Assembly: GCA_903884455.1 (NCBI GenBank)
Contig: CAISEW010000041.1
Coordinates: 17,335-81,334 of the forward strand
Reading direction: 5' to 3'
Origin: an uncultured Chloroflexota bacterium
GTDB taxonomy: Bacteria > Chloroflexota > Dehalococcoidia > GIF9 > AB-539-J10
Length of the DNA: 64,000 nucleotides
Shown here: positions 47,303 to 56,017 of the stretch, one piece after another
How positions within the stretch are numbered: position 1 is the stretch's first letter
How the letters are laid out: the number at the start of each line of letters is the position of its first letter
The notes under the pieces: model-generated
Told to the model about the DNA's origin: nothing
Databases searched by the model: none
Seen by the model: the letters and a program-made list of their open reading frames with translations, nothing else
Position numbers and translations under genes: made by a program

Positions 47303-48322
47303 GTGAGTAATTCCGGAGAAATATGGGTCATTGGCGAGCAGCGTCGGGGGAGGCTTGAAGAAGTCTCACTGGAGCTTTTGAGCAAGGGGACGGCACTATC
47401 TCAAAGAATGGGTGTGACCCTTTCTTCGGTGTTGTTGGGGGATGAGGTTGAGGAAATTGCCCGGGAGCTTGTCTTCCACGGTGCTGAAAAAGTTTACCTT
47501 CTTGAAGATGCCCGGCTTAGGTATTATCAGAGTGAGGCATATGCCAGGTTGCTGTCCGAGGTTATCAAGGAGCATGAGCCGCAGATAATTTTGATTGGTG
47601 CCACTGAAATTGGTATGGAGCTAGCACCTAAGGTTGCGGCTAAGTTGAGGACAGGGTTGACGGCGCACTGCATTGACCTCTATGTCGGCGAGGTTGATGA
47701 CACTCCTCATCTCATTCACGTAGTTCCTGGATGGGGTGGCAATTTGGTTATGCACATCATTTGCCCGCAAAGGAGACCGCAGGTGGTCACCGTGAAACCC
47801 GGCGTGCTACCCAAGGCGGTAAGGGATGAAAATAAGAAGGGCAAGATAATCAGGGTCAAACCTGATGTAAGAGATGAAGATTTCCGTTGGATAGAGACTG
47901 TGGAGGTGGTTGAGGAGCCGCCCCAGGGTAAATCACTGGAGTCGGCTGATGTTGTGGTTTGTGGGGGTTGGGGCATGAATGCTCTGGGTGACTTTTCCAG
48001 GGTGCAGGAACTGGCTGATATCCTGGGAGGAGTCGTTGCCGGCACCAGACCAGCCATGGATAAAGGCTGGGTTGAGGAAGCCTGGATGATAGGGCAGAGC
48101 GGTAAAACGGTTAGCCCGGGACTCTTCGTTAGCCTGGGAGCCTCAGGGGCGATGCATTACACTACCGGCTTTATGGGTTCTAAGGTAGTTCTGGCTGTGG
48201 ACCACAATCCGCAGGCTCCTATCTTTCATGTGGCTGACGTTGGCATTGTTGGCGACCTGCGCGAGGTTCTTCCCTGTCTCATTGCGGAGCTTAAGAAGGA
48301 CAGAATGCCCAGGAAATTCTAA
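47303..48322 (+). CDS. etfA: electron transfer flavoprotein alpha subunit
   Basis: GLTAHC, VVCGGWG, TRPAMD, IGQSGKTV.P, GASGA. Confidence 0.9.
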   Translation: MSNSGEIWVIGEQRRGRLEEVSLELLSKGTALSQRMGVTLSSVLLGDEVEEIARELVFHGAEKVYLLEDARLRYYQSEAYARLLSEVIKEHEPQIILIGATEIGMELAPKVAAKLRTGLTAHCIDLYVGEVDDTPHLIHVVPGWGGNLVMHIICPQRRPQVVTVKPGVLPKAVRDENKKGKIIRVKPDVRDEDFRWIETVEVVEEPPQGKSLESADVVVCGGWGMNALGDFSRVQELADILGGVVAGTRPAMDKGWVEEAWMIGQSGKTVSPGLFVSLGASGAMHYTTGFMGSKVVLAVDHNPQAPIFHVADVGIVGDLREVLPCLIAELKKDRMPRKF

Positions 48323-48347
48323 AAGAGATAAGGAGGAAAGCCAAGAC

Positions 48348-49037
48348 ATGGACATTGTTGAAGCTATCAATCAGAGGAAGAGCATTCGGGCTTTTAAATC
48401 CAACCCTGTGCCCAAAGAGATTCTGAAGGAGATAATGGAGCTGGCTTTACGAGCTCCCTCCTGGGGGAATACTCAGCCCTGGGAATTTGCCATAGTGACC
48501 GGGAAAAAGCTGGAGGAAATAAGGCAAGCCTTCGTGGAAAAGGCAGCAGAGGGACACAATCCAGACACAGACATCCCTCGTCCTCGAGAATTCCCCCAGC
48601 CCTACGATACTCGTTACCGCACTTTAGGTAGGAGAATTCTCGAACTAAAGGGAATAAGCAGGGAGGATAAGGAGAAGAGGGGGAGGTGGCTCTTGCAAGG
48701 CTTGAGACTATTTGGAGCTCCTTGCGTCATCTACATCTATATTGACCGCTCTTTCTACCGGCAAGGCGAAGGGTTGAATATTTGGCCTGTATTCGATTGT
48801 GGTTTAGTGGCTGAGAACATCATGCTGCTGGCTACCAAGTATGGGCTGGGAACTATTCCTCAAATACAGGCTGTCGTGTATCCTGATGTATTGAGGAAGG
48901 TGTTGGGAATACCAGATTCCAAGCTTATAGTGCTGGGAATAGCCGTTGGCTACCCTGACTGGGATGACCCTGTAAATCAGCTCCGCTCCGAAAGAGAGCC
49001 GTTGGATAATGTGAGCACCTGGTACGGCTTTGATTAA
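48348..49037 (+). CDS. nitroreductase family protein
   Basis: Start reassigned to ATG 48348 after AAGGAGG; RKSIRAF, APSWGNTQPW, GIAVGYPD. Confidence 0.9.
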   Translation: MDIVEAINQRKSIRAFKSNPVPKEILKEIMELALRAPSWGNTQPWEFAIVTGKKLEEIRQAFVEKAAEGHNPDTDIPRPREFPQPYDTRYRTLGRRILELKGISREDKEKRGRWLLQGLRLFGAPCVIYIYIDRSFYRQGEGLNIWPVFDCGLVAENIMLLATKYGLGTIPQIQAVVYPDVLRKVLGIPDSKLIVLGIAVGYPDWDDPVNQLRSEREPLDNVSTWYGFD

Positions 49038-49143
49038 AAGATACAAGCGGTTTGTCCCTGAGCGTAGAAGTCACTGGCGTGATGGAGCCTGAAAAACAGG
49101 TGTATAATCAAGCAGATTTTACTACCTCGTGAGGATATGAGGT

Positions 49144-49815
49144 ATGGCTGTGCAGTTGGAGTTTTTGAAGAGCATTCTATACTTTTCCGATCTTGGCCTT
49201 GCTGAACTTGAGTCAATCAGAAAGCTCGTCTTTGAGAAAACTGCTGACAGAGCAGAAGTGGTCTTGCTTGAGGGTGAATCGGCTGCGAATCTGTATTTTG
49301 TCGCTTCGGGGGCGGTGAAAGTGTTCAAGACCTCGGCCGAAGGAAAGGAGCAGATCTTGGACATCGTGCGCCCCGGTGAGTCCTTCAATGATGTCCCTAT
49401 CTTTGATGGTGGTCCAAATCCCGCCAGTGCTCGGACTATGGGACCTGTTCTTCTTTATGGGATAAAGAAGAATGACATGGAAGCTATTCTCCGGGACCAT
49501 CCACAGATAGCATTGAATGTAATTAAGGTGCTGGCAAAGCGAGTGCGTCACCTCGTGTCGCTGGTTGAGGATCTGTCTTTCAGGCATGTCATCAGCAGGG
49601 TAGCCAAGATACTCTTTGAGCACATCGGAGGTGAAATGGGCCGTGGGCCACGGCTTACACAGCAAGAAATGGCAGCTATGGCAGGTACCGCCCGGGAGGT
49701 AGTGGGCAGGTCGCTAAAGGCATTGGAAGAGGAGGGGGCGATCAAGTTGGATCGCCATCGCATAATAATTACGGATAAAGAAGCTCTCCAGGAGATAATG
49801 GAGGTGACTTCTTGA
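49144..49815 (+). CDS. Crp/Fnr family transcriptional regulator
   Basis: cNMP beta-roll (SGAVKV, GKEQIL, PGESF); HTH LTQQEMAAMAGTAREVVGR. Confidence 0.92.
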   Translation: MAVQLEFLKSILYFSDLGLAELESIRKLVFEKTADRAEVVLLEGESAANLYFVASGAVKVFKTSAEGKEQILDIVRPGESFNDVPIFDGGPNPASARTMGPVLLYGIKKNDMEAILRDHPQIALNVIKVLAKRVRHLVSLVEDLSFRHVISRVAKILFEHIGGEMGRGPRLTQQEMAAMAGTAREVVGRSLKALEEEGAIKLDRHRIIITDKEALQEIMEVTS

Positions 49816-49855
49816 GACAAAAATCACAGACAGGTATCGCCCTTTACTCTAAAAT
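49813..49855 (+). promoter_or_regulatory. Crp-type site plus -10 element (class II) upstream of the ferredoxin gene
   Basis: TGAGA-CAAAAA-TCACA at 49813-49828; TAAAAT at 49850. Confidence 0.7.
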
Positions 49856-49878
49856 AATCAACATGGAGACTGAAAAAC

Positions 49879-50085
49879 GTGGCTGAAATGCCGATTATAG
49901 ACACCAGGAAGTGCGACGGGTGTGGGTTATGCGTTAGCGTGTGCCACTGCAATGCTCTGGAGGTAGTTAACAATATTATTACCATTATTGAAACAGTGGA
50001 GTGCGACTGGTGTACAGACTGCGAAGCCGTTTGTCCCACCGGGGCCATAAGTTGCCCTTTTGAGATAATTATCCAAGAGCTCTAG
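49879..50085 (+). CDS. 2x[4Fe-4S] ferredoxin
   Basis: CDGCGLCVSVC and CDWCTDCEAVCP. Confidence 0.9.
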   Translation: MAEMPIIDTRKCDGCGLCVSVCHCNALEVVNNIITIIETVECDWCTDCEAVCPTGAISCPFEIIIQEL

Positions 50086-50179
50086 ATACCAACTAAGACC
50101 TTTTATACAATATTTTCACCTGCTTTCCTGACTGATCTTTTAATGTCCCGTGTTTCCCTATACCATCGCCATGTCTGTA

Positions 50180-50222
50180 TGAGACAAAAGTCGCATACAA
50201 GGATTGCCTCCTTACCTATAAT
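50180..50222 (+). promoter_or_regulatory. Crp-type site plus -10 element (class II) upstream of the sigma factor gene
   Basis: TGAGA-CAAAAG-TCGCA at 50180-50195; TATAAT at 50217, same 37-nt offset as the first site. Confidence 0.7.
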
Positions 50223-50276
50223 GATCTTGCATGAAAGATGCAGTTGCCCGAGCGAAGAGTATAAAGGAGGCTGAAG

Positions 50277-51695
50277 ATGATAACGGTTTTAAAAAACGTT
50301 AAAGATAGAGAACAAGTCTCTTCCGAGGATGGGGAATTGCATTTGGCTGGTGAGGAGGCTGGTCAGGAAGAGGAATTATCTGAGCTTGAGATTACTCCTC
50401 AAAAGCGGGAGCTTGAACTTGGTGAGGATTTGTTGAATTTATACTTAGATGAAGTGGGGCAAACTCCTCTCCTCAATGCCGAGGAGACAAAAATGCTGAC
50501 CAGCCAGATAGAGGATGAGAAGCATCTTGTCCGACTTGAGAAGGACTGGAGTGCCGAACATGGTGCTCAGCCGTCGGCAATCGATTTATTGTTGGCATTG
50601 GCGGAGCGCTTCAGTCGGGCGCGCGCGCTTTTTGAAGCCCTTTACCAGTGTCTTAAACTTCCTGCTCACGGAAGTATAGCAGAGAAGGTATCGCACCCAG
50701 AGCTACGTCGCGCAATCGATGGCAATATCGATCAGCATCTATCCAGCGCTATAGCTAAAATCACCGGGGCAAGCCAAACTAGAATCGAGAAGACCGTGAT
50801 TGAATTGTCGCTGGACAGCCGGCTGATACCCTGGCATATCATGGAAGAGGCAGGCCGGAAAAGTTCCCTGGCCGAATTTGAGAAAGTGCTGCAGTCGCCG
50901 GAATTCCATGACAAATTGGAAGCGCATCGCTCAGAAATTGTCAAGCACTTTGAGCAAATAAGAGAAATGACACGCCAGGCAACCAACCACATGATTAAAG
51001 CCAATTTGCGCCTGGTGGTAAGCGTGGCCAAGGGATATATTAGCTGGGGCGTGCCTCTGTCTGACCTCATCCAGGAAGGCAATATTGGGTTAATGCAGGC
51101 AGTGCAGAAATTCGACCACCGCAGAGGCTATAAGTTCAGTACCTACGCTATTCTCTGGATCTGGCAGGCAATCAACAGGGCAGCTGATGACCAGTCACGC
51201 ATTGTGCGCCTGCCGGGACACGTGGTTGACAATCTGACGAAGCTATCACGGGTAAGGAAGAACTTAGCTCAGAAGCTCGGCCGCCAGCCGATTGAGAAGG
51301 AGCTAGCTTCTGAGATGGGACTGCCGTCCGAGAAGATAGAATCGCTGCTTAAGCTGAGCTCTGGGGTGCCTGTTTCTTTTGAGACACCTGTAGGAGAAGA
51401 GGGAAGCCAACTCGGTGATTTCATCGCAGATGAGGCGATTCTGCAGCCTGATGAACAGTCCACTGCAAGCTTGCTCAGGGAAGAATTGAGCAAAACATTA
51501 GAGTCGCTGACACCCCGAGAACGACGCATAATTGAGTTGAGGTTTGGGCTGGGCAATGAGTACAGTCGGACCCTGGCAGAGGTTGGCACAGAGTTAGGTC
51601 TCAGCAAGGAGCGAATCCGCCAGATTGAAAAAGAAGCACTGGCTAAGCTGCGCCATCCAAGTCACAGCCGCGAGTTGATAGGGTATCTCGGATGA
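50277..51695 (+). CDS. RpoD/SigA-like sigma70 factor (probable non-primary paralogue)
   Basis: [50 protein letters not shown]; region 2.4 diverged ([10 protein letters not shown]). Confidence 0.88.
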   Translation: MITVLKNVKDREQVSSEDGELHLAGEEAGQEEELSELEITPQKRELELGEDLLNLYLDEVGQTPLLNAEETKMLTSQIEDEKHLVRLEKDWSAEHGAQPSAIDLLLALAERFSRARALFEALYQCLKLPAHGSIAEKVSHPELRRAIDGNIDQHLSSAIAKITGASQTRIEKTVIELSLDSRLIPWHIMEEAGRKSSLAEFEKVLQSPEFHDKLEAHRSEIVKHFEQIREMTRQATNHMIKANLRLVVSVAKGYISWGVPLSDLIQEGNIGLMQAVQKFDHRRGYKFSTYAILWIWQAINRAADDQSRIVRLPGHVVDNLTKLSRVRKNLAQKLGRQPIEKELASEMGLPSEKIESLLKLSSGVPVSFETPVGEEGSQLGDFIADEAILQPDEQSTASLLREELSKTLESLTPRERRIIELRFGLGNEYSRTLAEVGTELGLSKERIRQIEKEALAKLRHPSHSRELIGYLG

Positions 51696-51753
51696 CGGGT
51701 TTTTAGGCTGGTTAAATTTGATTTAATTCTCGCAGAAAAAAAGGAAACAGAGA

Positions 51754-51796
51754 GTGAGCCGTACAGGATTCGAACCTGTGACACCCTGATCAGAAG
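51754..51796 (-). other. 3' half of a tRNA gene (att-like remnant, possibly tRNA-Lys)
   Basis: Reverse complement ..ATCAGGGTGTCACAGGTTCGAATCCTGTACGGCTCAC has a T-arm and acceptor strand but no 5' half. Confidence 0.7.
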
Positions 51797-52085
51797 ATAC
51801 AAAAAATATATCCCTGGGCGTGAAAAGAAGTAATTCCTGATACCTTTTTACTGGCGATTTAGCTTCGATTTGTACCGCCAGGTCACTCTTGGTTTTTTAT
51901 GGTGGGGAAAAATTCATTAGCAAAAATGTTGGCAAGTGACGATGGATTTAGGCAGAAACATAGACCGCCAAACAACTTAAAGTTGATAGTTATTGAATAC
52001 AACGATTTAAAGTGTTAACATACTATGCTTGGAATAATAGAATCACTAGATATATATAGGCGCGAATAGTAGTGAGAGCAATGAA

Positions 52086-53333
52086 ATGACTGCGGAAATA
52101 GCAATACTAAATAAGGAGGCTGTAGCGTTAGCTGCGGACAGTGCGGTGACGGCTGGTGAAGGGGAAGGTATGAAGATATTCACTACAGGAAATAAGATAT
52201 TTGAGCTGTCTCCGAAGATGCCTGTGGGTGTTATGGTGTATAACAATGCACAATTCATTGGGGTGCCGTGGGAGACTATAATATGCGAGATACGTAAGCA
52301 AGTCCCAGCAGATGGATTCAAGAGTTTAGATGGATATATAAGATTATTCTTATCGTACTTTGAAAAAGGGAGCTATCTATTTCCGGAGAAGAAACAAAGA
52401 ACATATTTCATGGAGCATATATATTATTGCTGTTGGAGGACAAAAGATATAATAGTTGAGAGAGTGGACAAGGAGCTTGAGAAGCGTAAGCCTCTGAGTG
52501 AAAGGTCGATTAAAATTCTAGTATCAAACGTAATTAGGGACGAATTGAATGATTGGAGAAGTTTGGAGGAATATGAGAGGTCTTCATCTATCAAATTAAA
52601 TATGGGTGGGGAATTGATAAAATACTATCGGAGTTCGATTCAACAAATTATAGATACGGTCTTCCAAAAGATACCGATGTCTAAAGATACTAGGAAAAAT
52701 ATGTTCGAAATAATAAAGCGCTTCGTTTCGTATGGAACTGATGAAATACAAAATACAGGGATAGTAATTGCTGGTTTTGGTGAAGAAGAAGCGTTTCCTT
52801 CATTAAGGTCATTTATTTTTGACGGTCTATTTAATGGTAAGCTCAAGTATTCTAAGGGACCTAGGAGTGTTATTGGGGAAAATATTGCAGCGAGTATTTT
52901 CCCATTCGCACAAGGAGAGATGGTAGCTAGATTCATGGAAGGAGTAGACCCTGATTACCGGCAAGCTGAGCGAGATTTTATGTCAGAGTTATCAGAGAAA
53001 TTTGCTGGTGCAATAGTGAAAAATTTAAAAAAATACAGTTCACGAGAAAAAGAGAATTTGTCAGCACAAATAAAAGATGAGTGTAAGAGAATATTCAATA
53101 ATTATGACAAAGGCATGGATAGGGAGATAGAAGAACACTTTACTACTCCGATAACAGGAGTTGTAGCGGTACTACCTAAAACTGAGATGGCCAAACTTGC
53201 CGAGGCATTAGTGAACCTAACCTCTATAAAGAGAAAATTTTCTAGTGTAAGTGAAACCGTAGCCGAACCAATAGATGTTGCAGTGATTAGTAAAAGTGAC
53301 GGATTTGTATGGATAAAGAAGAAAAGTTACTAG
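52086..53333 (+). CDS. low-GC hypothetical protein with Ntn-hydrolase/proteasome-beta-like N-terminus
   Basis: M-T-AEIAILNKEAVALAADSAVT..NKIFEL, IVIAGFG, ETVAEPIDVAVISK.DGFVWIK. Confidence 0.7.
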   Translation: MTAEIAILNKEAVALAADSAVTAGEGEGMKIFTTGNKIFELSPKMPVGVMVYNNAQFIGVPWETIICEIRKQVPADGFKSLDGYIRLFLSYFEKGSYLFPEKKQRTYFMEHIYYCCWRTKDIIVERVDKELEKRKPLSERSIKILVSNVIRDELNDWRSLEEYERSSSIKLNMGGELIKYYRSSIQQIIDTVFQKIPMSKDTRKNMFEIIKRFVSYGTDEIQNTGIVIAGFGEEEAFPSLRSFIFDGLFNGKLKYSKGPRSVIGENIAASIFPFAQGEMVARFMEGVDPDYRQAERDFMSELSEKFAGAIVKNLKKYSSREKENLSAQIKDECKRIFNNYDKGMDREIEEHFTTPITGVVAVLPKTEMAKLAEALVNLTSIKRKFSSVSETVAEPIDVAVISKSDGFVWIKKKSY

Positions 53334-53358
53334 TGTACTTGAGGTAAAGGAGAGGGCA

Positions 53359-53529
53359 ATGCAGAAAACAAAAAATAGAAAACGTCTTATTTACAGCACC
53401 AGAGAATTTGAGAGAGCGTATCTCCCAAAGACAACAAAGAGGCTAGAAATTCCTGCTGGAAATAGCACGAGTGACTTTGGTGTTAATTTAGCAAAAAAGA
53501 TTATGAGTAGAATAAATGTAAAAGTATAA
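53359..53529 (+). CDS. small basic hypothetical protein (56 aa)
   Basis: AAAGGAG RBS; MQKTKNRKRLIYSTREFERAYLPK...; followed by a terminator-like hairpin. Confidence 0.5.
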   Translation: MQKTKNRKRLIYSTREFERAYLPKTTKRLEIPAGNSTSDFGVNLAKKIMSRINVKV

Positions 53530-53562
53530 TGAAACATTGCTACATTAGCAATAACGATTGCT

Positions 53563-53593
53563 AAAAAGGCCCGCATTTTATGGGTCTTTTTTT
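53563..53593 (+). terminator. intrinsic terminator
   Basis: aaaaaggccc-gcattttat-gggtcttttttt. Confidence 0.6.
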
Positions 53594-53624
53594 ATACTAC
53601 TTGACAAGGTGAACAGGCAGGGGC

Positions 53625-53730
53625 CTAGGCCCGCAGCATCTCCTTCTTCCGTAGCACCTTCTCTGCATCCTTCTTGGCACCGACCTTCTGGAATGTGACA
53701 AGTGCTTCATCGATTAAGAGATAGATGTAC
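53625..53730 (-). pseudogene. C-terminal remnant of a TPR-type protein
   Basis: LLIDEALVTFQKVGAKKDAEKVLRKKEMLRA* with no start codon, abutting the tRNA 3' end. Confidence 0.4.
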
Positions 53731-53738
53731 GTAAGAAA

Positions 53739-53812
53739 TGCCCCCAAGGGGATTCGGACCCCTGATCTTCAGCTTGAAAGGCTGATGTCCTAGGCCGCTA
53801 GACGATGGGGGC
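53739..53812 (-). tRNA. tRNA-Glu (TTC), CCA not encoded
   Basis: GCCCCCATCGTCTAGCGGCCTAGGACATCAGCCTTTCAAGCTGAAGATCAGGGGTCCGAATCCCCTTGGGGGCA cloverleaf. Confidence 0.92.
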
Positions 53813-54075
53813 AACGTTAAGCATTTTACGGGTAAATGGCTAAATGTGCAAGGTCTGACTAAAGTATAGCTTGCTTCGGCTTGCTAATAACTTGGATATG
53901 AGGTATTATGTGGCGGTTGTTATGCCCACAACTGGTAATCTCAAACTGAAAGGAATTGTCCGAAAGCGCTAAGAACATGGGCTGGGCTGTTCGCTCTCGG
54001 TGATACCTGCGCTCTACTTGTTTGGTTTGAGAAAGGATGATTCTCGAGGTCAATGAATAGGACTCAAAAGGAGGT

Positions 54076-55902
54076 TTGATAAATATGATGAAAGAGACAG
54101 ATAGAGTTGCTTCGCGAATTGAGGAAGTAATTGATGAAGCCAGCGGGAAGGCATATTTGCCTCCTTGTCAGGTTCGCTGTCCTCTTAAAATAGATATTCA
54201 ACGCAATCACGTTATGATTTCATGCCTTCCCCTGGATGAGAAGGAGGCCTCCAGCCAGATATTAAAGATAGGCGATGAAATCTATGACAAAAACCCTTTA
54301 TTTCCAATCCTCTGCAGCTACGTTTGTGGGCTTTGCGAGAAAGAGTGTAATTATGAAGAACAAACCGGAGCAGTGAGAAGAAAATTGCTGCTGCGGTTTA
54401 TCGCCGATCATTATCTACCCTACTTGGAAACAAAACCTTCATATGCTGCTCCTACCAGGGAAAAAGTGGCGGTGATTGGAGGAGGACCGGCAAGCCTGAT
54501 GTGTGCTTATACGCTGAGCAGGCAGGGTTACCGGGTCACTATTATGGAGAGAAGTTCGAAGTTGGGGGGTGCCCTGAGATGGATTCCCAAATATCGCCTT
54601 CCTGAAGATATCATGGATGCTACCTTGAATAATTTAGTCAGGATTGCTCATATAGATGTCAAGCTCGGCTACATAATGAAAGATGGTGAGAAAACGCTGG
54701 ACGAACTCAGAAAAGAAGGTTATCAGGCCATATTTATCGCTACTGGCACCCCTTCTCCAAGACCCCTTAGCTTTGAAGGGAAACTCGTGGCGGGAGCAGA
54801 TCTGGATGGAGTCATGTTTGGTTTGAACCTCCTCTCTGACGTGAGCCAGAAGAAAGTTCGTCCTCGGCTCTTCGAGGGCAAAAGGGTGATAGTAATCGGA
54901 GGCGGTAATGTGGCTTTTGATGCTGCGAGAACCGCCCGACGACTTGGCGGGAAAATTACACTCGTGTGCCTGGAATGTGAAGACAAATCTTCCAAGGATG
55001 GAATTCCAGCTGATATCGAAGAAATCGAAGGCGCCACTGAGGAAGGAATTCAAATCGTCTATTCCCGGGGTGTAGAAGAGATAATTGGCGAGGATGGGAA
55101 ATTCCGGAAGATAAAGTGCCCTCGGTGCACATCGGTCTACGACCAGATGGGATATATTGGATTTAATCCCAAGTTCGACAAGAGTGACGTGATATATCTT
55201 GAAGGAGATGTGCTACTCGTTACCATCGGACAAGGTGCGGAGAGAAAATTCTTTCAGCAAGAGGATTTATTGGATGAAAGAGGCAGGATTGACGTCGACC
55301 CACTTACTCTGATGAGCAATCGCAAAAAGGGGATTTTCATCGGAGGCGATGTCAGGAGAATAGGCTTTGCCTCAGAGGCAATGAGAGAAGGGATGATAGC
55401 TGCCGAGTCTATAGACCGCTACCTCAAGGGCGAAGACCTTAAGAAAGGAAGAGAGAGGGACTATGAGAAGGCAGCTATTCCCAGAGCTGCAGAGTACAAG
55501 TCTCAACCTGAGCTTAAATGGTTGTCGGCGAAAAAAAGGATAAACTTCAAACCTTTTGAGAAGGGATTTACCCTGGAACAGGCGGTGGAAGAGGCTGGGA
55601 GATGTCTATACTGCGGCCCGTGTAAGAGTTGTAAAGCATGTGTGATGCTAGAGCTTCAAATTGAGATACCAGAAATTGAGCTCAATCGGGAGATATGTAG
55701 CGGATGTGGGGTCTGTGTTCTCCTGTGCAGCTATGATGCCATCAAATTGGAGAAATCTGGGGATAGGGCTGTAGCAGTTATCAATAACCTCAGGTGCAAA
55801 CGATGCGGGGTGTGTGCTGCTGCTTTCCCCAGCGCGGCAATTGCCCCTGAACATTTCACTGACAAAGAAATTATGGCTGAAATCGAGGGCGTGTTGGTAT
55901 AA
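54076..55902 (+). CDS. GltD/NfnB-like FAD/NAD(P) Fe-S oxidoreductase fused to an HdrA-type C-terminal ferredoxin domain
   Basis: PPCQVRCP, GGGPAS, IGGGNVAFDAAR, EAGRCLYC, CSGCGVC, CKRCGVC, HFTDKEIMAEIEG. Confidence 0.8.
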   Translation: MINMMKETDRVASRIEEVIDEASGKAYLPPCQVRCPLKIDIQRNHVMISCLPLDEKEASSQILKIGDEIYDKNPLFPILCSYVCGLCEKECNYEEQTGAVRRKLLLRFIADHYLPYLETKPSYAAPTREKVAVIGGGPASLMCAYTLSRQGYRVTIMERSSKLGGALRWIPKYRLPEDIMDATLNNLVRIAHIDVKLGYIMKDGEKTLDELRKEGYQAIFIATGTPSPRPLSFEGKLVAGADLDGVMFGLNLLSDVSQKKVRPRLFEGKRVIVIGGGNVAFDAARTARRLGGKITLVCLECEDKSSKDGIPADIEEIEGATEEGIQIVYSRGVEEIIGEDGKFRKIKCPRCTSVYDQMGYIGFNPKFDKSDVIYLEGDVLLVTIGQGAERKFFQQEDLLDERGRIDVDPLTLMSNRKKGIFIGGDVRRIGFASEAMREGMIAAESIDRYLKGEDLKKGRERDYEKAAIPRAAEYKSQPELKWLSAKKRINFKPFEKGFTLEQAVEEAGRCLYCGPCKSCKACVMLELQIEIPEIELNREICSGCGVCVLLCSYDAIKLEKSGDRAVAVINNLRCKRCGVCAAAFPSAAIAPEHFTDKEIMAEIEGVLV

Positions 55903-56017
55903 ACTTGACTGAATATTGCATTCCTCAGGAATCGTCTTATAAACTAACCCCAGGCGAATTTTGATTTTAAATTAAGCGGGGTCCCACGAAAATCGCAAGA
56001 TTTTCGTGGGTTAGTGT

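Noticed and set aside
51754-51830. Complete tRNA gene
   Set aside because: Only the 3' half is present; upstream sequence cannot form the D-arm or acceptor stem
53900-54070. Possible riboswitch upstream of the oxidoreductase
   Set aside because: No conserved aptamer motif identified with confidence
55983-56010. Perfect 12-bp hairpin (GCAA loop) just before hypF as a regulatory RNA
   Set aside because: Single copy with no U-tract or known motif; function cannot be supported
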